This document shows positions 9,574 through 18,873 of a stretch of 64,000 nt of DNA, in pieces; position 1 is the first letter of the stretch; each line of letters starts with the position of its first letter. The DNA comes from an uncultured Chloroflexia bacterium (lineage in GTDB: Bacteria; Chloroflexota; UBA6077; JACCZL01): NCBI GenBank assembly GCA_963765765.1, contig CAVXYC010000027.1, positions 128,001 through 192,000 of the forward strand. The letters run 5' to 3'. The position numbers and the translations under genes are program-made. A model generated the notes under the pieces. That model saw only the letters and a list, made by a program, of their open reading frames with translations, ran no database searches and had not been told where the DNA came from.

Positions 9574-11126
9574 TTAAGCTCGGCCTCGGACGAGACTTAC
9601 CAGGGACCCAAGGTCTTCCGACTTGAGAATCGCCGACACTCCGAAGTAGACGATTGCGCCGAAGGCGCAAATGCCAACCAGGAGCAAGGCCTGCATCTGG
9701 CTCGAGGCTGCTGAAAATCCACCGAACACGAGATTAGGCAGTGCCCAAATAGCCAGAGCCATCATTGCGCTGGCAATGAGAATGCGCGCCAGGCCACCCC
9801 ACAGCGTAGACATCGGCAATCCACCCACCCGCCGAGCCAATAGCCAGAGCAGTAGTGCCGCCTCCGTCAACGCGGCGAGTGAGTGAGCCAACGCCAGCCC
9901 ACGATAATTGAGCTCGGTATTCATCAGGAGCAGGCTGAGTACGATGTTGAGCAAAATCGCGCCAACGGCCACGGTTACAGGCGTGCGGGTGTCATGGTTT
10001 GCATAGAAGACACGATCGACAATCTCAACGGACGCGTGACCGGCGAGTCCGAATTGAATAAAAGACAAGTGCACCCGCGGTCATCGTTGTTGAAAGGGCT
10101 GTAAATTCGCCACGCTCGAAAAACAGCTTGATCACGGGCTCAGCAAGCACCATCAACCCCACACTAGCGGGAATCGTCAGAAAGAGAATCATCCGAAGAG
10201 CGAGGAGAAAGAGATCCCGAACGGATTCAGTGTGCTCCAGAGCGCTCTCCTCGGCCAGCGTTGGAAACACCGCGGTTGACACGGCCATCGCGAGCACCAG
10301 CGGACTCATAAGGAGTGTCCAGGCCACATTCAAATACCCGATGCTGCCCGAGATTAGGATGGACGCAAGCACAACATTCACGAGAAGGTTGATCTGGACC
10401 ACGGCCAGTCCGAGCATGCGAGGCAGCATCAAACGGCCAATCTCGCGGAGCCCCGGATGGTGAATCTGGAACGCCGGGCGCAGACGCATGCCGAGGGAAT
10501 AGAGTCCGGGCACCTGCACCAGAAGATGTAGGAGCGCACCTACCGCGACACCGACCGCCACGCCCTCGATACCAAAGGGGCGAAGCAAGACAGCTCCCAG
10601 AATGATGCTCAGGTTGTAAGCCACGGGAGCAAGGGCAGTGATGGCGAAACGCTGGAACGAGTTGAGCACGCTGGTTGCAAAACCGCTCACGGCGAACAGA
10701 GCCGGTGAGACCAGCATGATACGCATGAGGTCAGCGGTCTCCTGCTTCAACTCAGCGTCAAATCCTGGAACGATGAGATCCGCTAAGCGCACGGGCCACA
10801 ATGGCCATGAGTATCGCCACGGGGATAGTGATGGCCACCGCCACGGTCATCGCCGTTCGAGCCAGCCTAAACCCGTCGTCCAGTCCATCGCGGGCGATAT
10901 AGGTCTTAAAGACAGGAATGAATGCCGAGCCCACGGCACCTCCGGCAAGCACCTGGAAGATGATGTCCGGTACCGTGACCGCCGCGACGTAGGCCTCGAA
11001 TTCTCGTCCGGTGCCGAACTGATTCAGGATGACCATGTTGCGGACGAGACCGAGCAACCTACTGGCCAGGAATCCGGCCATCACCACGAGTGAGGCCACA
11101 GCCAGCTTGTTCATCCCCGACTTCAC
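9574..11126 (-). CDS. murJ: Lipid II flippase MurJ, two apparent frameshifts (near 10790 and 10055)
   Basis: SRLLGLVR, SAFIPVF, STAVFPTL, FERGEF, RVFYA..DTRTP and GLALA motifs spread over three consecutive frames. Confidence 0.85.
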
Positions 11127-11127
11127 G

Positions 11128-11889
11128 CTAGCGAACGCCCGTCCGGACGGTTCCCAGCTTCTTCACTCTGGCCACGACCGATTCATGTGCACGCCGCTCG
11201 AGCGTGTCGTCAAGGGGGTCGAGCTCGGTCAGGGTTGGTTCGCGTCGTTTGAGGGCTTGAAGGATGAGGTGGTCGGCAAACCATGGATTTTTGGGCAAGA
11301 GCGATCCATGCAGGTAACACCCGTAAAGCTGGCGATACACGGCCCCTTCTGTGTGGTCAATGCCGTTGTTCCCATTGCCCTGCACAACTCGCGCCAGTGG
11401 CTGGCACCCCTCGCCCAGAAATGTTTGTCCGCTATGGTTTTCGAATCCCACGAGGGTTCGCCGGTCCTCGCCGACCATCGCTTCCACGACAACATTGCCA
11501 ATGGATCTGCGCGTACCGGCCACCGTCCAGGCATCAAGGATGCCGAGCCCTGGGATCTCTTCTCCCTCGAGTGTGCGAAAGTACTTCCCAAGAAGCTGAT
11601 AGCCGCCACAAACGGCGAGCACCACCACGTTGGACTCCACCGCGGCCCGCAGACCATCGCCCTTGATCGAGAGAAGATCGTTGCCGACGACCGACTGCTC
11701 GCGATCGGCCCCACCACCGAAGAACAAAAGGTCGTACGCTGCCGCTTCCACAGAATCGCCGTCCTTGATTGGCGTGACGGAAACGTTGATTCCTCGCCAT
11801 TCGCAACGACGGACGAGTGTGATGATGTTTCCCCGGTCACCATAGAGTCCCATGGTGTCGGGGTAGAGATGACCAATAGAGAGGTGCAT
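11128..11889 (-). CDS. gatD: Lipid II isoglutaminyl synthase, glutaminase subunit
   Basis: LYPDTMGLYGDRGN, AVCGGYQLLG, GFENHSG, YLHGSLLPKNP; coupled to murT. Confidence 0.9.
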   Translation of the reverse strand: MHLSIGHLYPDTMGLYGDRGNIITLVRRCEWRGINVSVTPIKDGDSVEAAAYDLLFFGGGADREQSVVGNDLLSIKGDGLRAAVESNVVVLAVCGGYQLLGKYFRTLEGEEIPGLGILDAWTVAGTRRSIGNVVVEAMVGEDRRTLVGFENHSGQTFLGEGCQPLARVVQGNGNNGIDHTEGAVYRQLYGCYLHGSLLPKNPWFADHLILQALKRREPTLTELDPLDDTLERRAHESVVARVKKLGTVRTGVR

Positions 11890-13277
11890 CAGTCTTCCCA
11901 GAATCCGCGGACGTACCCGGTTTTACGCAGGAGCTTCCGTGTTTCTAGCATTGCCGTGTAGGTGGGCAGCATGTAGACCGTCTCGCCCGGCTCAGTCTTC
12001 GCGAGAGCGAGCTCCAACGCTCGAGTCAGGTCAGGCTCCACCTCGATCCGATGTCGCTCGACATTGGCGTACTTAAGGCGCACCGCCATATCGTCCGCAC
12101 GAAGCCCCGTACAAACAATTGAGATGGGCCGTTCCGCGAGCACCTCAAAGTCCACGTCCCAGAGCCAGGAAATGTCCGTGCCATCAGCAAAGAGGTCGTT
12201 GATTGCCAGAACGAGCTGGAACGTACCATCAACCGGAAGAACCGATCGAAGCACCTCATTAAACCCCACGGGATTCTTCACCAGGGCCAGCAGCAGCTCG
12301 CGCTGCTCGATCAGTACCCGCTCCAGTCTGCCGAACGCGGCCTCGAACCGCTCCACCCCCTGCTGAATGACTCGGGACGGAATATCCAGGGCTGTAGCGC
12401 AGGCTGTAGCGGCCAACGCATTGAAGATGTTGTACAGACCAGGCAGCTTCACATCGAGATCAAACGTCTGCGCCAGTGTCTGTACTGTGACGCGCGATCC
12501 GCGATCGCCGTGAGTCTCCACCTTCGTGATTCGGATATCCGGATCCGGCCTTCTCCAGCCACAGGATGTGCAGCGGTAGTGCCCAAGGTGCCCGTAAAAA
12601 TTGGAGAGATACTCGTACGGGGCTCCGCAAAAGGCGCACAAGCGCGCATCCAGCGCATGCGGCGTCTCCCCAGTGCCCACGTCAGAACTTTCCACACCAA
12701 AATAGATGACATTCTCTCGACCGCGCCCTAACGATGCGACTATTGGGTCATCGGCATTGAGAATGAGCGTGGTAGACGGCGGGAGCGTCTCGATCATCTT
12801 CCGCCAGAGTGACGCGACAAACTCCACTTCACCGTAACGGTCAAGCTGATCTCGAAAGAGATTGGTGAGAACTATGAGTCGAGGAACCACCTCAGCCACA
12901 GCCCCAGGAACGGTGGCTTCATCCACCTCAAACACGCCGATCCCAGCGCGCGGACGTCCGAGAGGACCGGCGTTCTCCACCACGGCCGTTGTCAGACCCG
13001 TGATGAGGTTTGCACCGGCTCGATTGTGTAGGGGGCGCAGCCCACTCAACGTGAGCATACTCGCGAGAAGCCGCGAGGTGGTCGTCTTTCCATTTGTGCC
13101 TGAAACTACCAGGCACCCCGAGGGAAGGCTAGCAGCAATCGTCTGCAGCGCTCTGGGGTCCAGACGCTGCGCAACGTGCCCCGCGATGACCGTGCCACCA
13201 CCGAGACCGAATCGACGACTCAAGGCCGCGGCGGCCTGTCCGGCGGCTACAGCCGCCGAGAGGCGGACACTCACCAA
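11889..13277 (-). CDS. murT: Lipid II isoglutaminyl synthase, MurT ligase subunit
   Basis: GTNGKTTT, EVDE, NLFRDQLDRYGE, Cys4 zinc site, KNPVG, DISWLWDVDFE, PTYTAM. Confidence 0.9.
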   Translation of the reverse strand: MVSVRLSAAVAAGQAAAALSRRFGLGGGTVIAGHVAQRLDPRALQTIAASLPSGCLVVSGTNGKTTTSRLLASMLTLSGLRPLHNRAGANLITGLTTAVVENAGPLGRPRAGIGVFEVDEATVPGAVAEVVPRLIVLTNLFRDQLDRYGEVEFVASLWRKMIETLPPSTTLILNADDPIVASLGRGRENVIYFGVESSDVGTGETPHALDARLCAFCGAPYEYLSNFYGHLGHYRCTSCGWRRPDPDIRITKVETHGDRGSRVTVQTLAQTFDLDVKLPGLYNIFNALAATACATALDIPSRVIQQGVERFEAAFGRLERVLIEQRELLLALVKNPVGFNEVLRSVLPVDGTFQLVLAINDLFADGTDISWLWDVDFEVLAERPISIVCTGLRADDMAVRLKYANVERHRIEVEPDLTRALELALAKTEPGETVYMLPTYTAMLETRKLLRKTGYVRGFWED

Positions 13278-13367
13278 TGGTGCTCCTCAGAGCGGTACCC
13301 GGCGTTGGTGCGATCCACGATACCTCGCTGATGATCACGCCTGTGCGCCGCCCTCTTTCGACGAAGG

Positions 13368-14171
13368 TCAGCTCTTGAGTTCGATGCGCTCGATGCGGTA
13401 CCGAACTACGCCGGCCGGCACCTCTACCTCTACGGTATCTCCTACGCCTCGGCGATCCAGGGCGCGGCCCACAGGCGACTGAATGGAGATCTTCCCTTTA
13501 CGGGCATCAATCTCTCCCGGACCGACCAGGGTGTACGTAATCTCCTCGTCCTCCTCGAGATCAGCGACCACAACAGTTGAGCCGATACTCACACGAGTGG
13601 AATTGGTGACTTCTACAACCTGGCCCGCCGCAATTGTCGACTTGATTTCACTCATCTTGCGGTGGATTTCGGCGAGGTGCTGTTTGGCCGCGTCATACGG
13701 CGCGTTCTCGCGGAAGTCCTTGTCCGCGGCGGCAAGCCGCAGCTCTTGCTCGGCTGCCGGCCGCTCTACGTTGTCAAGTCGATCCAGCTGTGTTTGGAGC
13801 TGCTCCAGACCTGCGGGCGTAAGCTGAATCGTTGGCTCGTCGGGCCGGTCGGAGTCGTTCTTGGTAGCGCTGTTGGTGCGCCGCTTGATGCGTAGCGCCG
13901 TGGCAACCGCCTCATCGAGCAGCTTGCGCTTGCGCGCAAATGTGAAGAAGTCCTTGAGTGGCTCGAGGCGTGTGCTGTTTCCAGAACCGTTATCTTCCTG
14001 CTGCGCCTGGTATCGTTCGAGATCAAGACGGGTCACCGTGCGGACCGGTCGATCAGACCCGAACCAACGTCCAAAGCGCTGAAGCTCACGAGCAACAGCG
14101 GGACGATGCTCCGACGCGACGACTGTCACATACTCGGACATCGCCTCGGATAGTGTTACGTCAACAGCCAT
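13368..14171 (-). CDS. greA: GreA/GreB-family elongation factor with an extra N-terminal domain of about 110 aa
   Basis: LTPAGLEQL, DFRENAPYDAAK, ISIQSPVGRAL in the C-terminal 155 aa. Confidence 0.85.
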   Translation of the reverse strand: MAVDVTLSEAMSEYVTVVASEHRPAVARELQRFGRWFGSDRPVRTVTRLDLERYQAQQEDNGSGNSTRLEPLKDFFTFARKRKLLDEAVATALRIKRRTNSATKNDSDRPDEPTIQLTPAGLEQLQTQLDRLDNVERPAAEQELRLAAADKDFRENAPYDAAKQHLAEIHRKMSEIKSTIAAGQVVEVTNSTRVSIGSTVVVADLEEDEEITYTLVGPGEIDARKGKISIQSPVGRALDRRGVGDTVEVEVPAGVVRYRIERIELKS

Positions 14172-14191
14172 AGTTCACCAGTGAGCAGAAT

Positions 14192-14968
14192 ATGTCCAGG
14201 GACAAGAACCATTATAAGGATCGCCCCGATGAGCCCTCAAGCATCCCAACCAAATCGTGGGTGGAGGGCGCGGAGACGATCGGCATCCCGCTAGAGAATC
14301 ACACACTCGAAAAGTTCGGTCGCTACCAGAACGAGCTCATCGAGTGGAACGAGCGAGTGAATCTCACGTCCATCACTTCGCCAGGCGAGATACAGCGTCG
14401 ACACTTCCTCGATTCGCTGAGCTGCATCGCCGGGGCGCGAGACCTTCTCTCCCTGCCGGGCTGCAACGTCGTCGATATCGGCAGCGGCGCCGGTTTTCCG
14501 GGCCTTCCTCTCGCCCTGGTGATGACCCATTTGCGTGTCACGCTCGTGGAGACCCGCGGCAAACGAGCGATGTTTCTCCGGCATCTCCTGGATGTGCTGG
14601 AGATTGAAAACGTCAGCGTCATCAGCGAACGAGCTGAGATACTCGGGCATGACATTGCACATCGGGAGCGCTACGACGTGACGGTGGCGAGAGCACTTGG
14701 TCCACTGCCGCTCATCGCGGAGCTGTGCATGCCGCTGGCTCGCATTGGCGGACGCTGCATCGCGCCGCGACGAGAAGACTTCAAAAGTGAAAGCGTGTTA
14801 GCTCAACCAGCCTTCGACCTGGTGGGCGGGTCCGCGCTCCAGTGGATTCCTGTAAACCTTCCCGAACTCGACGATGGACGAGGGCTCGTAATTGCGGAAA
14901 AAGTATCACCAACACCAGATAGATTTCCAAGACGACCAGGCATGCCGGCGAAGCGCCCACTCACGTAA
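14192..14968 (+). CDS. rsmG: 16S rRNA m7G527 methyltransferase
   Basis: WNERVNLTSI, HFLDS, DIGSGAGFPGLPL, FPRRPGMPAKRPL. Confidence 0.93.
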   Translation: MSRDKNHYKDRPDEPSSIPTKSWVEGAETIGIPLENHTLEKFGRYQNELIEWNERVNLTSITSPGEIQRRHFLDSLSCIAGARDLLSLPGCNVVDIGSGAGFPGLPLALVMTHLRVTLVETRGKRAMFLRHLLDVLEIENVSVISERAEILGHDIAHRERYDVTVARALGPLPLIAELCMPLARIGGRCIAPRREDFKSESVLAQPAFDLVGGSALQWIPVNLPELDDGRGLVIAEKVSPTPDRFPRRPGMPAKRPLT

Positions 14969-14986
14969 TTGCCCATCTTGAGACTT

Positions 14987-15235
14987 CTAGTCTTCGAAAC
15001 GCCAGAGCATCGAGAAGATCACGCCAAGTGTGAAGCCCACAACTAGTCCCGCGGCTGTTGCCAGCGCGACTTCCGATCCAAACTCGAGCCAGAGGAATAC
15101 ACTCAACCCCGCGGCCGTGAGCAATCCGACGATTACTACCGCCAGGCGCCGTCGAATTTGATAGTGCGCTTCAGTGTTGGCGTCTTGACTCATTAGCGCC
15201 CAAAACATCGAGCAATGATGAAGATACTGCCGCAT
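14987..15235 (-). CDS. Small two-TM membrane protein
   Basis: Two hydrophobic segments; true start probably the later ATG (MSQDA). Confidence 0.5.
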   Translation of the reverse strand: MRQYLHHCSMFWALMSQDANTEAHYQIRRRLAVVIVGLLTAAGLSVFLWLEFGSEVALATAAGLVVGFTLGVIFSMLWRFED

Positions 15236-15344
15236 TGTGCCAAACCTGACAGTCTCGACGTCACACCCGGCTGATTCTTCCTGATGCTTGGCGCGGAGAA
15301 GGTGCTTCTCGACTCGAATATCTAAGACTCAAAGATTGAATTCC

Positions 15345-15373
15345 TTGTCAAGTGCAAATACCTGGTGTATATT
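15345..15373 (+). promoter_or_regulatory. Sigma70-type promoter
   Basis: TTGTCA-N17-TATATT upstream of the zinc-ribbon gene. Confidence 0.65.
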
Positions 15374-15505
15374 GGCCGCGGCCTGGCGAGATCGATTACC
15401 CGAGGCGCCGTTTTGGCTCGGCGCAGTACCACCGGCACAACCCGTAACGCCGCGGATCATCGCACTACCAAGCCCGACTAGACGTGGAAAGGAGGTGAGG
15501 GAGAC

Positions 15506-15817
15506 GTGACGTTTACTGACAAAGTGTTGGTGTGTCGAGAGTGCGGTGCCAGCTTTATCTTCACTTCGGGGGAGCAGGAGTTCTTCGCCATGAAGGGCCT
15601 GCAAAATGAGCCTGGCCGCTGTACTGATTGTCGCTCGGTCCGGCGACAACAACGCGACACCGGTGGCGCCATGGGCGATTATCGCCCACGACGTGAGATG
15701 CACGACGCCGTCTGCGCGCAGTGCGGACAAACCACGCAGGTGCCTTTCCTCCCGCGTGGCGACCGACCAGTCTATTGCAGCTCCTGTTTTGAACAGGTCC
15801 GCTCTGTCAGGCGCTGA
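15506..15817 (+). CDS. Zinc-ribbon / CxxC-x17-CxxC domain protein
   Basis: DKVLVCRECG..F.FT.GEQEFF..KG..NEP.RC..CR and CAQCG...VPF.P...RPVYCSSCF; strong GGAGGTGA RBS. Confidence 0.88.
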   Translation: MTFTDKVLVCRECGASFIFTSGEQEFFAMKGLQNEPGRCTDCRSVRRQQRDTGGAMGDYRPRREMHDAVCAQCGQTTQVPFLPRGDRPVYCSSCFEQVRSVRR

Positions 15818-15843
15818 CAGCACAATTCATTAGTCGCACAGAG

Positions 15844-15881
15844 AAAACGGCCCCTGAAGCAGACGCTTCAGGGGCCGTTTT
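15844..15881. terminator. Bidirectional intrinsic terminator
   Basis: Perfect AAAACGGCCCCTGAAGC-AGAC-GCTTCAGGGGCCGTTTT. Confidence 0.9.
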
Positions 15882-15901
15882 ACGTGATGCGTTGGACGAA
15901 T

Positions 15902-17326
15902 CTAAGGGATGATCGATGAGGCCGCCTGGACAGCGAGTGGAATGAACACCCCCGACAAAATCCCCACAATGAGAACACCCGCGGTGGCCGTGAGCAGAGT
16001 GAGGGCAGGTCCAACATCCACGATGACCGGCTTGTCCACAGTCGGCTCCACCAGATACATCTGGCGGACGACACGCGTGTAGTAGTAGAGCGAGATGGCG
16101 GAATTCACGACGCCCAACAAGACCAGCCAGTACATGCCGCTCTGCGCCACTGTCCAGAACAGATACAGTTTGGAGAAGAACCCAACCAGCGGTGGCAGGC
16201 CCGCCAGCGACAGCAACGCCAGCGACATCGCTAGCGCGAGCAGCGGCGCCCGTCGACCAAGACCCGAAAAGTACTCGAGATCCTCGTCCGGGATGTATCG
16301 CGAAAGCATGATGATGACGGTGAATGCCGCAATGTTCGTCAGCATGTAGGACAACAAATAGAAAAGAACAGCCGAATAGCTCTCCTGCGTCGCGACGGCT
16401 GGCCCCATCAACATGTAACCCACGTGGGCAATGCTGGAATAGGCCAGCAAGCGCTTCACATTACTCTGGACGAGCGCGGCAAGATTCCCGATGGTCATGG
16501 TCAATGCCGCCAGCACGGCCATGAGCGCGGTCCAGTCGCCCTGGATAGATGGAAGTGCGACCGCGAGAATCCTCAACAAAACAGAAAAACCGGCGGCCTT
16601 TGATGCAACCGAGAGGAACGCGGTAACTGGCGTTGGCGCCCCCTCGTAAACGTCAGGGGTCCACATCTGAAATGGCACGGCCGAGATCTTGAACCCGAAG
16701 CCAGCGACGATCATCGACAACGCCAGCAGCGCCGCGGCGCTGGTATCACTAGTAAGCGCACCACGAATGCCCGATAGCGTTGTGACGCCGGTCGCGCCGT
16801 AGAGTAGCGCCATTCCGAACAGCAGAATGGCCGTCGACATGGCGCTGAGGACGAAGAACTTCAGACCCGCCTCACTGGAGCGCAGATCACGCTTCGCCCA
16901 GCTTGCCATGAACGCCAATGAAAGACTGGTAAGCTCGAGCGACACAAAGATGGAGATAAGCTCCGTGGAGCTCGCCATCAGCATGAATCCGGTTGTACAG
17001 AAAAGGATCGCCGAATAGAACTCGGCTTCGTACTGTTCCACCAGATCGGTAAATGTCTCCGAGGCCAGCAGGACGAGGCCGGCAGCCAGCAGGAACAAGA
17101 ACTTGAAGAAGATCGAGTAGTTGTCAACCGTGTAGGCGCCAAAGAATGACGTCTCACTGCGTCCAATGAGCGCTCCTGTCGCGCCCATGGCACCAACCAC
17201 GCCCACCAGAGCAAGGTAGAGCAGTGGCCGGCGCGATGCTCCAGCCGGTAGGAACACGCCCACCAGCAGGACCACACAGGCCCACACTGTCAGGACAAGC
17301 TCAGGAGCTAGAAGAGAGAGATTCAA
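15902..17326 (-). CDS. nuoN: NADH-quinone oxidoreductase subunit N
   Basis: EAGLKFF, FKISAVPFQMWTPDVYEGAPTP, KRLLAYSSIAH. Confidence 0.95.
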   Translation of the reverse strand: MNLSLLAPELVLTVWACVVLLVGVFLPAGASRRPLLYLALVGVVGAMGATGALIGRSETSFFGAYTVDNYSIFFKFLFLLAAGLVLLASETFTDLVEQYEAEFYSAILFCTTGFMLMASSTELISIFVSLELTSLSLAFMASWAKRDLRSSEAGLKFFVLSAMSTAILLFGMALLYGATGVTTLSGIRGALTSDTSAAALLALSMIVAGFGFKISAVPFQMWTPDVYEGAPTPVTAFLSVASKAAGFSVLLRILAVALPSIQGDWTALMAVLAALTMTIGNLAALVQSNVKRLLAYSSIAHVGYMLMGPAVATQESYSAVLFYLLSYMLTNIAAFTVIIMLSRYIPDEDLEYFSGLGRRAPLLALAMSLALLSLAGLPPLVGFFSKLYLFWTVAQSGMYWLVLLGVVNSAISLYYYTRVVRQMYLVEPTVDKPVIVDVGPALTLLTATAGVLIVGILSGVFIPLAVQAASSIIP

Positions 17327-17344
17327 GTCGTCCTCCGTCCGAAC

Positions 17345-18823
17345 CTATCCGAACAACCGCGCGATAGGAGTTACTCCGCCGGCGATCATCTCGGCAATGA
17401 CGTTGGGGAACACACCCACCAGGATGATGACCGCAACCAGCGTGCCGACGGCAAACCCTTCACGGGCGGACATGTCAGTGAGATGTGAGTCGCGCCATTC
17501 TTGACCAAGCGGACCCATGAAGACTCGCTCCAGCATCCACAAGAGATATCCGGCGGTGATGACGATGGCGAACGCTCCGATGACCGTGTACCACTGCCAG
17601 ACGGGGAACGAGCCAATGAACACCAGGAACTCACCGACGAAGCCGCTCATTCCTGGCAAGCCAAGCGAAGCAAGCGCGGCCACAACAAAGAGCGCGCCGG
17701 CCACAGGCATGCGCTGGGCTAATCCAGCCATTCGAGGAATTTCGCGCGTGTGCGTACGGTCGTAGACGACACCCACCATCATGAACAAGAGCCCTGTGAT
17801 CGTTCCGTGTGTAACCATCTGGAACACCGCGCCCTGGAAACCAGTTTGCGTCAGCGCAGACAGACCCAGGATGACGTATCCCATGTGGCTGATGCTGGAG
17901 TTCGCGATCATCTTCTTGAGGTCGGTCTGAGCCAGCGCCACCATGGCCCCATAGATGATATTGACCACCGCAAGTACGGCCAGGAGCCAGGAAAGCTGCT
18001 GAGCGGCCTCAGGGAGCACACTCACGCACAATCGCAGTAGACCGTAGCCGCCCATTTTCAGTAGCACACCTGCGAGTAGCACACTCCCTGGGGTGGGCGC
18101 CTCAACGTGAGCATCCGGAAGCCAGGTATGGAACGGAAAGATCGGCACCTTTACCGCGAAACCGATCGCCAGAAGCAGGAACAATCCAACCTGGACGCTC
18201 GGCGCAAGTGAGCGAGCCGCGGTAGAAAGCTCGACCATGTCGAAGCTACGTCCGCCTGTGAAGAAGAACAGCGCCAGAATGCCCAGCAGCATGAAGGCAC
18301 TGCCGACCACCGTGTACACGATGAATTTCATAGCCGCATACTCGCGGCGAGGTCCGCCCCAGATGCCGATGAGCAGGTACATCGGAATCAGTTCCAGCTC
18401 CCAGAAGAGGAAGAACAGGAAGAAATCAAGCGACGTGAATACGCCCGAGACTGCTGTCTGAAGGATCAACAGGATAGAGAAATAGAGCTGCGGACGATGA
18501 GTCTGATTCCACGAGATGACAACGGCCAGGAATCCCAGCAACGTGTTGAGGACGAGCAGCGGAAGGCTGATCCCATCCACTCCTAGCTTGTAGTAGGACC
18601 TAATCGGCGGAAGCCACATGAATCCGCCGTCGAATTGAAACCCAGCAATCGCGCTGTTAAAGGCCGCGAAGAGCCAGATAGACAATCCAAGTGTCGCGAT
18701 CGTAATGATCGCGGCTATCCGTCGCGGTGCACCTGTACCGCCGCCACCAATGATCCCGATGAGGATCGCCCCGAGCATCGGGAGCCAGACAACGAGCTGA
18801 AGGACGAGGGTCTCAAGCGACAT
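17345..18823 (-). CDS. nuoM: NADH-quinone oxidoreductase subunit M
   Basis: LGVDGIS, FWELELIPMY, HTWLPDAHVEAPT, LLKMGGYG. Confidence 0.95.
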   Translation of the reverse strand: MSLETLVLQLVVWLPMLGAILIGIIGGGGTGAPRRIAAIITIATLGLSIWLFAAFNSAIAGFQFDGGFMWLPPIRSYYKLGVDGISLPLLVLNTLLGFLAVVISWNQTHRPQLYFSILLILQTAVSGVFTSLDFFLFFLFWELELIPMYLLIGIWGGPRREYAAMKFIVYTVVGSAFMLLGILALFFFTGGRSFDMVELSTAARSLAPSVQVGLFLLLAIGFAVKVPIFPFHTWLPDAHVEAPTPGSVLLAGVLLKMGGYGLLRLCVSVLPEAAQQLSWLLAVLAVVNIIYGAMVALAQTDLKKMIANSSISHMGYVILGLSALTQTGFQGAVFQMVTHGTITGLLFMMVGVVYDRTHTREIPRMAGLAQRMPVAGALFVVAALASLGLPGMSGFVGEFLVFIGSFPVWQWYTVIGAFAIVITAGYLLWMLERVFMGPLGQEWRDSHLTDMSAREGFAVGTLVAVIILVGVFPNVIAEMIAGGVTPIARLFG

Positions 18824-18873
18824 GACGGCTCCAGCTCACGATGACACCTACAGGAGAAGTATTCGCGGTGGCG

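Noticed and set aside
11029-11961. 310-aa plus-strand ORF
   Set aside because: Antisense to a clear gatD
13840-14171. Integrase or mobile element at greA
   Set aside because: Only an N-terminal-like domain is present; no catalytic recombinase domain, att repeats or cargo genes
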